The position numbers and the translations under genes are program-made. From Antedon mediterranea (Eukaryota > Animalia > Echinodermata), in NCBI RefSeq assembly GCF_964355755.1, contig NC_092679.1, positions 13,499,432 through 13,563,431 of the forward strand: a stretch of 64,000 nt of DNA. Reading direction: 5' to 3'. This document shows, in pieces, positions 51,701 to 64,000 of this stretch (the first letter of the stretch is position 1; each line of letters starts with the position of its first letter). The notes beneath the pieces were generated by a model that was not told the origin of the DNA, did no database searches, and saw only the letters and a program-made list of their open reading frames with translations.

Positions 51701-54700
51701 TAGTTTCAAGTTTTATAAACATAATTTTCTTTTTCCAGAGTATCTGAGTACATTCCGCCGAGACCACTGTTTCCTCGCAGAACAAATGGTGCCCAGAAAG
51801 CAGTAGATGACTTTCATCAACAAGTTGGCTCTATTTCAAATTTGGTCCTAGAAGAGTTCAGAGGCTTGTTTGCAGATCAATTAGACAATGGTGAACTGCC
51901 GCAGGGTAATGAGGCAGTGGAAGATAGACGTAGAAAACTGATCTATGAACTCAATAGCAGTGGCAAGTATTTTGCCTTTAAGGAACAGCTTAAGGTTTGT
52001 TATTTTTAAATTCAGGCACAGGAGAGTATACTGAACTACTAACTCAATAAGAGTGGCACCTTTCACAACATACAAACATTTCAATAGGATGAAAGACATG
52101 AAATAATTAGGAGAGTTCGAGTTGAGTCATGAAAAGCAGGACTTTAACCTAAAATTTGTAAAAAAAACTGCAAACAGTTTGATGATGCAAAAGTGCTTGT
52201 TTCCTCTTTTCAACTTTGAATAGTGGACGGAATTGGCAACCACGAATCATTACAATCAGTTCCTCTCACACACAATACAATTCTGTTCAGTTGCTTGAAA
52301 GTTCACATAAGTGCTCTTGCGCAATTAGGTCCTTTTATCAAAGATGATTTGAGTTCTGTGTTGACATAATTTGGCAAAGTGAAGGATCTTTAAATAACAT
52401 TCAATTTACTTTACAGCATTCAGTGGTTAAAATTGTACGTGAGAAATACCTAAAAACCTCAACATTCACAGATAAGGAACAATTACAGGTATAACATTTG
52501 TTTAAAAAATTGTTTTATATTTTTTAATTGACCATTTAAAACAAAGTTTGAAAATATTCCATCAACAATAAACTTGTCCTTTACCCTTTATATTCTAATC
52601 GCGATCAAAAATGTGGCCGCTAGGCTATTCATAAAAAGGCAGACAAACATGGAAGTAATACATTTAAATTCAGGCTGTATATGTTTATGAATGCGACCTT
52701 TGTATTAGACATGGCTAAGCCCAATGGTTGTGATTTTAAGAATGTTTACTGTACTAAATTGATTGTTCTAAACAGGCTTTTTTGAGTGAGCTATATGTGT
52801 TTCTTGTTGATGAGATGCATACTGGAATGGGTAAAGTGCTCTCATTAGAAGATGAAACTCCAGTGCCATCACCACTCATGGACAGCATGCAGTTAAAACA
52901 TTTTGCCAGAGAGGCAGAAGTGAATGAGAATTATGAGTTGGCTGCAAAATATTATCAAGAGGTAAGTATACTCTAGTTTATAAAAAACCTTAGAATAAAT
53001 TTCCAGTCCACTGAATGTACTGTATAGACTTTGTTCAAAAAGTTTAAATGGGGAAATCAATATTCTCTCTCCTGAGGACTATGAAAGGATATTGATCAAA
53101 ATGTTGATTAACTTGACAGTTCTCTTCAAAACGTCAAGGAGCAGAATAATAATAGAATAATAGAATAATGCTGTTGTATAGGTGTGTGAAATGTTAGGTT
53201 GAAGATGAAGGAAGATTTGAGTGATAATTAAAATTTCTGGAAGTTAAACAGATAAATTAAAAGACACTGTTCTACAGGATAGTCTTTGATAGTAACTGGC
53301 TAGACTGCTCATAACTTATTGAGTCTCAAACTATATAAAGCTGTTTGGAATAAAAGGTTTTGTGCAATCTAGCACTGTTCACTGAAGTACGGCCAGTAAT
53401 ATATGATTACTTCTGGTTATGTTTTCTATAGAGATTGGCTCAGAACCGGAGTGACGCTGATAATTGGTTTGACTATGGCACCTTCTGCTTACTGATCAAT
53501 GACACCACAAAGGCAGAAGAGTGTTTTAAAGAGACAATCTCAATAAACCAACAGCATTTATCAGGCCTTCTCTTGTATGGAGCTGTTTGTGCAATGGAAG
53601 AACGTAATGACATGGCCGAGACGTTCTTTGAGGCTGCTACAGCAGCTTGTCCTGACAGTGTCCTTGCTTGGACAATGCTGGGTAAGAAGTGCAAGATGTT
53701 GACTGATTCTGTTGACAAATTTAAATTTCTGTGTAATTGCCACCTCAATAAAATCCAAATATTTCTTTTAGTGTTAGGTGTCAACCAAAGTATAAATACT
53801 GTGTTATTGTGTTGGCATGAGTGTAAACCAGATTGATCAAAATTTTAACTAATAAGAACCAACTATGGTGAGCTTCTAATGCATATAGTTTAATCAACGT
53901 CACCAGAATATCCAGGATTTTATGCAATCTGCATCAGTGGCGTAATGGCTATGAGCGTTACTGGCTAAACCCAGAAGTTATGGAGTCCCCTGAGCAGTGC
54001 CCAGAGGAAAAACAGGCATTAAAATATATCAAGCCCTCCAGCGTTTAGAGTACGCCACTGCCCTGTTTGTTACATGCTGTCTTACTAATGTAAGAAAAAT
54101 CTACAAGATTTGCTATTTAAGCGCTACTAACTATTGAAGCTATACTGGCTATTCATGCATCACTAACCTAATTGTAGATGTCCTGTAGTGATTATCTGGA
54201 AGCCAGGCTTAAATTACTAGTGTAAATTCGTCCAAAAAAACAACTCTCATACTCTCTGATACTTATTTTTGACTTTAGGTTTGTTTTATGATGGTGTTGA
54301 TAATGACATACAAGCAGAGTTTGCTTTCCTCGAGGCCCAGAAATTGAACTTTGCTCATGCTGTAGCAAAGCAAAAGCAACAGATAGCAAAAGATCAGGCA
54401 GAGGCCTCAATCGCTAAGCCCGTTCCTCCATCAGTCATTTCAGTAATTCCCGAGGCTGGCACTGGTGATGCAACAGTTGACAACCAGCCTGATACAGGTT
54501 AGTCTTGAAGGTGTGCTTGTCCAAAAAATAAAAAACAATTAATGATTTTTTAGCTAACAGCTAACAAATTAATTACAGGGATACTCATTTTGGTTATTTT
54601 GAGCTCCCACTCAACTTATTGAAGGGGCTGTTGTTAAGCCTGTTTTCCACTAGGCTAACTTGCCGCTCTACCCTTTCCACTACACGAGCAAATAGCTGTG

Positions 54701-57700
54701 ACTTTGTTTGGTTCATTGCTTATCTGCTGTGCTTCTCATTTCCTGAACTCTGATTTGTTGCAAACGCTTTGTTTTGAAAAAAACAATTACTGCTAATTTC
54801 ACTGAAGCGAAAAACTCAGAAGCAAAAAACTAGTATTCATCGCAGAGAGGAATTTGGAAGATGGAAAGATGAATATAAGCTGTTCGCACAAACAAGTGTC
54901 TAGTGGAAAATAGGCTTCAGCAGTGGTGTGTGGACTACATTGCTATGCATAAATCTATACAAACATTTTTAACATGGAGTAAAATATTGATCTGACCTGA
55001 TTGGAGATTCTCTAAACCTTAATTAAATCAGTGAATGTATTACCTCTGTAATTAAGTAAAATATTGAATAACTAATTTTTGAATAAAATAAAGGGGAGAT
55101 AGATTGATTTCCTACTAATTTTCTTTTGTTTTAAACTAATGTTTGCTTTTAATCCTGTAACTCTTGGTATGATTTTAGTTTCATTTTTGTTGGATTCTTC
55201 TCTTAATGTTCTATAGTTTCACCTACTAGTGTATTATAGAAACAAAAATGATAGAAATACAGTAAGAGAAATATCCAAAACAAACTTACTGGTAATCAAT
55301 GCTATGCAGTGTTCTCCTGAAACTATAACATAAAATAAACACTTGTCTAGTAGTGATTGGCTAGGATACCCAACAAAGATATTATAACAAGAGCAACAAG
55401 ACTATACTTTGATTGATAAAGGTTACTGTACCTTAGGATTCGATATCTTGCCTAATAATTGTTTGAAATTGATTTGGTTTTCAAATTGAGAGAACACACT
55501 GCTATGATTGAAGTGTGGCTCTAAAAAAAATTTGCAAATGATAGCCACATATGCATCACATTCATACAATGTTTCTAGATATGCAATCAAAATGACTATA
55601 CAAGCTATTAAATATTTCATTTAACAATGTATTATTTTGTTTACTAATTGATTGCTGTTTAAACTTTAACCTTGCATTTTTAAACGTTGCTTCAGGCAGG
55701 CCACCCCCAGTGCCACGAGTAAGCAAGACGTCTGCCACGCCAGATGGCAGACATTTATCTAACTCTCTGTCTAAAGACAGGCAGGGGGGAATTGGCAGTA
55801 AAAAACGCTTATCTATTTCTTCTTCAAAATCAGGTTTGATTATTAAACAATATTATTTTAGAATTTTACATTATCACACCTATAATATATACGGTATTTA
55901 GTATTTTCCATGGATGTGATCTGTTATCTAAGGTTGATTTTCTCAATAATGATGTTGCCAGCAGTATGTACTCAATTGAGATTCAAAAATTGAAATGACT
56001 AAAATGAGCCAAGAGATATGCTAAGCGCCATCATGAGTATTTTTTTGTCTGTTATTTCTTAAACTAATCTTTTTGTTTATTGAATATTGAAGCAAAGCCA
56101 TAGAGGTATTATACAAGAGAGTCTAACTCCAACTCAATCACATCCCAACCTGTCACATAAGTACATGTCCTGTTTACATAACTTCAGTGAACTAACTACC
56201 CAACAGTGAATCACTGTTGGGTAGTTAGTTCTCTAGTTGTATAGTACCTCTATGAACAAAGCTAAATTTCATACTCAATTTACAGTACATCCATGTTAGA
56301 TCCAGATCCACTAATTATTTAACACACACAAAAAAAAACGTTATTTGGCAACTCACCTAATAGTGTCACTTAGTTTGTTGTAACATTTTATAGCACTGTC
56401 ATTCACTGCAGTTCAACATCACTATTAATCATTTTACTATTTTCTTTTCTTGCTTCCATCCATTTGTGTTGCATATATGCTTGATCTCTATATATTATCA
56501 CTTGTATGTACATTCCTTTGCTACTTTGTTTCAATCACACAATTTGAAAAAAATAGCAAAACATTTTGCTCAACGTTTGTACGTGTAACATGTACTGCAT
56601 GATTAGTAAATTAAAGTAAGTTGCTTCTCCGTTCGGACTCGGACCTACAACCTCCAAAGCAAGCACTTCAACAATTGGATACTGCAGATTTGTAAAAATT
56701 TAGTAACTTGATTTCCGATGAATCGGAATTCAAGAATGTATCCATCTTTATTTTTTATTCACATAATGACATTTTTAATTGCATCCAGTAAGGCATGTCA
56801 AACCTGTAGTTACAGAAATCATGGGTACCATGCATCAATGTTATGAATGAATTTTATCAACATTTTTGCATTTCATAAGCGGTAATCGCAATAAAAACTT
56901 ATTACCGATACCTTGACAGTGGTAAAACAGCCATGAAAGCCCATGTGCGGACAGTATTAAGATTTCCTTTCCTGAGGTTCTGGTATTTTACTCAAATAAG
57001 TCCAGTGCGATTGCAGCTATAGTTGACATGAAATAATTATATATTATATATGTTTATGAAAGAAGATCTACTATATTATAGTAACATCTATATTGACAAG
57101 CTCTCTATATAAAGAATGTCCTAACCAAACTGATTTTTTCACTACAGCTGCACTAAGCAATGAAGGATTGCGTTCTAAGAGCCAAGGTAGTGTCAGTAAA
57201 GCAGGGAGCAAGCCTGTTACCCCTGAAGCACAAGAGCCGGTCAGGGAGCCTACACCAACACCTGAATTTAGCATATACATTATGGCTGCAGAATTCTTGC
57301 TTGAAACCAAAGCCATGCAGGTAGATATTGAACCAGATTGTACAATTTTAAAACACTACTGTATATCCTCGCAATTTTGATAGATTTATTTTGTATCACA
57401 TTGTTGGTAATTCTGTTCCATTCAATAGTAAAATAATATTAAATCGTTATTTTTAATGGCTGCTCATACAAAAATGTGTATTCATTGAAAAGAGAAACCA
57501 TGCAGTCTTTCAAAAACATATTCACCCATTGTACTATTGAATCTTTAACAGAATGAGTTTCTTTGCTATTGAATTAAAACAATAATATGTACTGTTTCAG
57601 CAACCTTTTAATTGTCATATTTCATTTCTAGTTCTGTGAGAGAGCTCTAGCCCATGAGTTACTTGCCCCTAAAGGTGGACCAAGCGCCATTTATTATATT

Positions 57701-59117
57701 GCATTAGCAAGACTAAAACTACAAAAGAAGGAGTTGGAAGAAGCAGAAGAAAGCATCAAAGAAGCACTAGTTATAAGCAATCAGGTAATTGTATACAACA
57801 GGTTTGTATTCATTTTTTGGACATAACAAGGGGTTGAAGAGGAGTATTCTTGTGCAATATCACATGTAGCGATGTTCAACGTCCTGCAGTTAAAAGTATC
57901 TATGGATAACAACAGTATTGATGTTACAATAATTTGTTCTCCCAGGATCCAGAAGCATGGTCAATTCAAGGACATTTACACTACTTACAAGGGAACATGG
58001 CTGAAGCAAGAAACTGCTATGAAAGAACATTATCATTTATTGCTGATGCGAAAGAAACACATGCAATATACCTACGATTAGCTTCAATATACCTACAAGA
58101 TTCTAAGGTGAGGATTTGTCTCATCAAGTCTGGTAAACAGGACCTGAGAAACATTTGCCATATTCCCTGTTGAGTGCTTTATATTCTATTGAGTAATTGT
58201 AAAGTTGCATACTTAATGGAAAAGTTTGCATTATTTAATGTTTAACATTCAAATATAAAATCAACCGATGTTCTATTAAGCACAAAAGACAAATATATAT
58301 TTGAAAGAATTTGAACAGCACAGACTGTGGGATGTGTAGCAATTTTAATCAAGGTGAACTGTACTACTGATACTGCATAGTTAAATAGGTTCCGACATCA
58401 ATGTCAACTATTCAACCATGGAGTAATTCCTCCATGAATCAACCAACTCTTACTTTGGAGTTCACTTTCACTTCAGTTTAATTTCTTATTTCTAGTTTCA
58501 AGAAGCAAAGAACACATTTTTACTAGCATGTAAGAGATCTCCATCATGTGTTTCCTGGCTTGGTGTTGGAATAGCTTGCTATCGGGTGAGTTAATTTTAT
58601 TTAGTTTGCTTTATACATATAATATAATAATAGTATTCATGAATGAAGGTTCCTATACGTGTTGGTAGTAGACAGGATAAGAATAAGACTATTCAATTTA
58701 ATTTCATGTCTATTATTGAACGAATATTTCATCAAGGTCAAGGATGTCATCTATGGTGACATCCAGAAAATCAGTTGGAACTTATATTTAGAACAGTGAA
58801 GTGTATTACTGTAATATTTTTTCAATAATGAACGTAATAATAATAACTTCACCACACATTACTAAAACTAATCTACACCTTTTCAGCTTGGTGAGTTATC
58901 AGAAGCAGAAGATGCCCTATCAGAAGCAAATATATTAAATAACAGTGACCCATTGGTATGGGGTTACCTTTCACTGGTGTGTCTGCAGACAGACAGGCAA
59001 CTTGAGGCAGAGCAGTCGTACAAGTACGCCCTCAAGGTCAACCTCCAAGATGAAGAGCTTCTTGCCGAGATCCATAGTCTTCAAGAACAGGTTGGATTTG
59101 GCAATCCACAGTTCTAA
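45725..59117 (+). CDS. CFAP70: Cilia- and flagella-associated protein 70 (TTC18), TPR protein, 22 coding exons, 1120 aa
   Basis: Exons 45725-45799, 46283-46469, 47546-47727, 48216-48392, 48638-48765, 48937-48991, 49092-49186, 49612-49769, 50228-50289, 50642-50776, 51339-51517, 51739-51994, 52417-52488, 52776-52961, 53432-53681, 54279-54497, 55696-55833, 57148-57320, 57632-57784, 57946-58107, 58496-58585, 58887-59117. All GT-AG and phase-consistent, 3363 nt. Recognisable CFAP70 motifs: [64 protein letters not shown] repeats, [11 protein letters not shown]-terminal VGFGNPQF. Confidence 0.95.
46446..46966 (+). repeat. ~47-bp minisatellite (11 copies) spanning the CFAP70 exon 2 donor
   Basis: Unit AAATAG(C/T)NTTTAAAC(C/A)TATC(C/T)TTG-GTAAGTTAGGTGGTCTA(A/G)ACAGA; the first unit is the true exon end. 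Confidence 0.95.
54637..54916. mobile_element. Harbinger-like MITE
   Basis: TIR AGCCTGTTTTCCACTAG / CTAGTGGAAAATAGGCT. Confidence 0.72.
56099..56254. mobile_element. hAT-like MITE with internal perfect palindrome
   Basis: TIR CATAGAGGTATTATACAA / TTGTATAGTACCTCTATG; 8-bp flanks AGCAAAGC / AACAAAGC. Confidence 0.75.
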
Positions 59118-60120
59118 GCTATCAAATTTTTCAGATAGAAATACCGGGCATTAAAGGAAATTAATTACTGGTTTTGTAGTCAAAAAGTAACTCTTTGTCA
59201 GTCTTCATTCAAGTACTGGACTTTTTTTATTTGAATGGTAAAAGTTATTAAAATGCAAGCTTGTTTTAATATAGAAATATGAAATAGTCAAACTGAAAAA
59301 CAATACACTGTCCCTAATTAAATTCTAGAATAAGACTAGCCTTTCAATTGCATTCTTCATTTCCAAATGATGGTAAGATCTCTTATTTACTTGGTTATTA
59401 GAATTTAGCAAAATCATTTTCAGCAAAAATTGGTGTTTGAAATATATTTTATCTCTACTGTAACTGGACTCCCAAATCTTGATATACCAGACTACAGTGT
59501 AAGTATTGACTACCATGCAACTTAATGTATATAAATGTAACTAAAGATTAAGTTGTACCAACGATGAAGTTGTACAGACGATGAAGCATAATATAATAAT
59601 TAAATTTATAATTTATTATAAAAAAAACTCCTGTATTTAAAATCACTTCAAGAGTACATTATAACTGGCTTCCCTTTCCATCAATAATTGTAAATAATAT
59701 TTTACCTAGTTTTGTGTTTGTTTCAATATTAATATATACAAATAAATTTTAACTTTATTTTAATTTGTATACCTACAAAATGGTATTACTGTAATCCCAA
59801 ACCAAGTTTCTGAATTATAAACTTTATTTTATAATATACAATTTTGAAAATTATTAAACCTATTCATTTGATATGTACATAAACAAACTAATTTTTATTT
59901 TTAGTAAAAGATGTGATATTAAAACGATAAGATAAACAATCAAGTATTATTGTCTACATTTGCCTCCATTTGTGTTTTTTATGAAATATGTACAAAGTGT
60001 ATTATTGCCAAAGAAAGAACCAAAAAAAAAAACAGGGAAGGAAAATGAAGCAAGAAAAAAAGAAACAGAAGAGAAAAAACATAATTAGAAAGACAGAAAG
60101 AAAGAATTAACTTCAAATCA

Positions 60121-60940
60121 TTCTTGGTTATGAATCACATGATAAACGTTGCTAAACTGGTGAAGAGGTAAAATTGTTACACAGCAAGTTATGAAACAGG
60201 TAATTTAAGCATTTAGTATGAAGTGATCTTTCTTAGTTATGAATCACGTGATAAACGTTGTTAAACCAGTGAACAGGTTAATTGTTACACAGCAAGTTAT
60301 GAAACAGGTAATTTAAGCATTTAGTATGAAGTGATTTTTATTGGTTATGAATCACATGTATAAACGTTGTTAAACCAGTGAACAGATTAATTGTTACACA
60401 GCATGTTATGTAACAGGTAATTTAAGCATTTAGTATGAAGTGATCTTTCTTGGTTATAAATCACATGATAAACGTTGTTAAACCAGTGAACAGGTTAATT
60501 GTTAACAGCAAGTTATGCAACAGGTAATTTAAGCATTTAGTATGAAGTGATTTTTCTTGGTTATGAATCACATGATAAACGTTGTTAAACCAGTGAACAG
60601 GTTAATTGTTACACAGCAAGTTATGAAACAGGTAATTTAAGCATTTAGTATGAAGTGATTTTTCTTGGTTATGGATCACATGATAAACGTTGTTAAACGG
60701 GTGAACAGGTTAATTGTTAACAGCAAGTTATGCAACAGGTAATTTAAGCATTTAGTATGAAGTGATCTTTCTTGGTTATGAATCACATGATAAACGTTGT
60801 TAAACCAGTGAACAGGTTAATTGTTACACAGCAAGTTATGCAACAGGTAATTTAAGCATTTAGTATGAATTGACCTTTCTTGGTTATGAATCACATGATA
60901 AACGTTGTTAAACTGGTGAACATGTTAATTGTTAAACCAG
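60121..60940. repeat. ~109-bp tandem repeat, about 7.5 copies
   Basis: Unit TTCTTGGTTATGAATCACATGATAAACGTTGTTAAACCAGTGAACAGG...GCATTTAGTATGAAGTGATC. Confidence 0.95.
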
Positions 60941-61470
60941 TATGGTAATTTCAATTTTTCTCAAGACCAGTAAAATATTATGGTATTGGTATTGGTTTTG
61001 TAAGAGACAAAGAGACCTCAGACGTTGCCCTTTTTCAATAACATGCTTCTTTCTAAAGGGCCATGTTTTGTCTTTGGCAGCTATTTACTATCCACTATAA
61101 AAACGGTCAACAAAAAGATAATAAAACATCAGTACAAATGGAGTTTCTTTTATTTTATTGAATAATATAAAAAATATCAGAGCATATTTGGTAAGTTAAC
61201 ATCTACAGAAAAAAACTCTTTTTACATGCTAATGCTCTGTCTACACAATCAAAGTAGTTTGACAAAAAAAGTGTGATGTCCCCAAATATGTTAGTGATAT
61301 GAGATCATCGTGTCCATATATGGGCAGATCACATTTTTTTTTTCAACATAAAGTTTGACAGAGCTTTTAAACATTTTCACAAGCACAACAAAAGATAATA
61401 TACAACACAAATAGAGTACATTATTTATTAAGTTTGTTTTGGCATACGAAATGAAACTTAATTTTATTTG

Positions 61471-61763
61471 AAGATATATTGTCCGCCTAAATTTTTTCAA
61501 ATTCTGTTGAATATGCCATTTTGATGTTCCATAATAGATTTATCTGTAAAACTGTAATTTAATGCAAAAAATAGTCAAATGGGCTGCAAGCCAAAGGGTT
61601 TTTGTTGAATTTAGCCATCTATTTGGTAATTTTATAAATGACAGCAATATTTTTTTCCCTGCAGAAATGACTACCTTTATTAAAACTAGAAAATGGCTTA
61701 TATTCAAAATCAGATTTTATTAATCTTTATTTTTCATGTTTTTTGGTGGACAGTACATCTTTA
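61471..61763. mobile_element. Kolobok-like MITE
   Basis: Imperfect TIR AGATATATTGTCC / GGACAGTACATCT followed by TTAA. Confidence 0.55.
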
Positions 61764-61849
61764 AAACAAAAAATCTTACACCTTTAATGCCACTTAGTGC
61801 TAAATAGGTTTTAATCTTCAGATCTACGACGTAAAAAAGGAAGTGTTTA

Positions 61850-62105
61850 TTTTTTCGTTTTACTGGGTGCCCTATTCAATCTGAGACTGTTCTCCCAGGG
61901 GCCAGTAACGATGAGTGACTGTGTGACAGCGGCTGTGTGTGTACTAGTACACACTGGGGTCACCCCCTACTCATCTCATAAGTAGGTTCTTTAAAGTGCA
62001 CATGAAAAAGATGTGTACACTGGACCTACGGTTTATAGTCCAATTATCCAAGAAGACTTGTTCTACAGAACCATGGAGCGAGTGAGGTTTGAATACTTGC
62101 CGTTG
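61850..62105 (-). mobile_element. tRNA-derived SINE copy
   Basis: Shares CTGGACCTACGGTTTATAGTCC...AGAAGACTT...CCATGGAGCGAGT with the other copies of the family. Confidence 0.65.
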
Positions 62106-62927
62106 TTATTTATACGCACTACGGTATGTATTAGAGCAATGGTAAATAGTCACTGACCAAGGCGATTTGCCATTGTGGTATGAATGGCCTATAAACCTAA
62201 TTGTATTCCGAATACGTTTTTAAATGGGCCTGTGTTTGCTGTATTGTGGTCGATAGGAGGCTTCTTACATGTTAAGTAAGTAGCATACACTATAAAGAAA
62301 GAGTGTTGCAACATGAACATGAAATTGACTCATTCTGTTAAAGACAATGCTTATTGGGTACATACTAAACACTAACTCAACCTTCGATTGGTCTAGTATT
62401 TTGAAGAAATGATTATCTCTTTTGGCAGTACCATCTCGTCAGATTGTTTGCTGTTTTCGATATCACTTAGGTACATACATTGAATTATATACATAATTAT
62501 GGAGTTTGAATATCTTTAGAGAAGAGTTCATTCAATATTGTCTGTACTGTCTTTATGGTACTGGTTCAGTCCTTTTAACATAACTTATAGTGCACAAATA
62601 TCTTAATATATAGTTTTTTAATATAGCTTTATAACAATTCAATTCTATGCAAAATGAACAATTTCTAAAAAGAAATAGCCACCATTTTTTCTGCTTACTT
62701 TAAAAGGAAATTTAAAGTAGTAAATTATAGTTTATACACATGCACAAGTACTTTCTTTAAATACGAAAGATGTGGTGTATGTATGTGGGTAGATTTCTCC
62801 ACAGGGTAAAGTTTTAACCACAGTAAATGACAACTTATCTTTGTAGACCAATAATATCTACAGTGAAACCATAAACATGTAGGACATGCTAATTTCTAAT
62901 ACAATTAAAACAAATAATTTTACCAAT

Positions 62928-63472
62928 AATGTATTGTCCCTTGAAACACAAAAAATGAAAAAAAAATATTCTAAATTTAAATTGGCCATATCAAAGTAAT
63001 GTTAAAGTTATTCACTTTAAGTCGAAAATTCGAGCCAAAAACAACAGTTTATGTAATTAACAGGTAAATTAATTAGATTACATTTCGTCTGAGAAATCGT
63101 CGCAAGTGAAAGTAAACAAAGATTTCAAACCATGAGTATGCATTATGCATGATGCTAATTAGGATTGTTTACAACTCATCACGGTTGAGAAGGTGTTTTC
63201 ACACAGATCGCGAGGAAGTTTTATGATTATGCATACAGAGTAGCCAAACAAGCGCATTGCATTATGGGATATGTTTTGATTGAAAACTTTGACTGGAAGT
63301 CAAAGTTATTTTTTGAACACAAAAACATCTGTATTTCGGTTAAATAATTTTTTTTGGGACTAATTTTTGGTGAAAGTTAATAACTATTATGATACTTCAA
63401 AATGACCCAATTTTTTTAAATTTAAAAAAAAAAATTTTTTTGGAATTAGTCAAAGGGACAATACATCTTTAA
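62928..63472. mobile_element. Kolobok-like MITE
   Basis: TIR ATGTATTGTCCCTT / AAGGGACAATACATCT followed by TTAA; same family as 61471-61763. Confidence 0.65.
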
Positions 63473-64000
63473 TATTAGGATGGCTCCAACTTTTCATTTT
63501 TTCTAATAGTTTTTCATCTTTAAAATATAATATTTTATATCTATTTTGATTATTATATGGATTTAGTGCAGGTTTCCTGTAGACATCTATATAGAAAATG
63601 ATGCTGTATTACACATTCCAGAAGACCTAGACTTTGATTTAAATGTAAATTTGCCATGTCGTGCAATTTATTCTGCCAATAGTTTTGGCTGTATTACTGA
63701 TATTCGATTGTTGTAAGTTTGATTGATATATTGTTGGGTCTGAATGACTTTCATTGCATAGCCCTTCTTGTTTCCATGGGCCAGCTCATCTTGAAGGTCT
63801 CTTTAACCTTAAGGCAAGGTTGCTTAATTAAAAGATTAACCAATTACAGTGTCCTGTGGATTCACCCCTGCTGTGACCCAGGCTTAGTTTATACATAGGC
63901 CCTGTACCGTATATATATGCAGTATATATACCACATAAATATCCCCATTGTTTGTGGATATTATACGGTATATTCCAAAATATAACATATATTTCGTAGC

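Noticed and set aside
53473-57316. Minus-strand ORFs overlapping CFAP70 exons
   Set aside because: Antisense shadows of true coding exons.

Overview
AT-rich, repeat-rich, intron-containing animal DNA (marine invertebrate, possibly deuterostome; inferred from composition and repeat types only). Most ORF-track entries are spurious or exon/LINE fragments. Two spliced genes lie head-to-head around a short shared promoter (~44.5-44.75 kb) carrying an NRF1-like site and an RFX X-box. CFAP70/TTC18 is on + (22 coding exons, 45725-59117, 1120 aa by manual splicing). D-aminoacyl-tRNA deacylase DTD1 is on - (ATG at 44484). The main unexpected result: after the five catalytic DTD1 exons, phase-compatible exons at 33860-34020 and 12570-12774 (split by a ~21-kb intron) encode a complete Sin3-type PAH domain. 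A 22-nt microexon and a terminal exon follow, predicting a 342-aa DTD1-PAH fusion protein. A separate basic terminal exon at 8173-8241 may give a conventional DTD1 isoform. The rest is MITEs (Harbinger-, Kolobok-, hAT-like), SINEs, truncated LINEs and minisatellites, one of which multiplies a CFAP70 splice donor. All gene models come from reading the sequence and lack transcript support.
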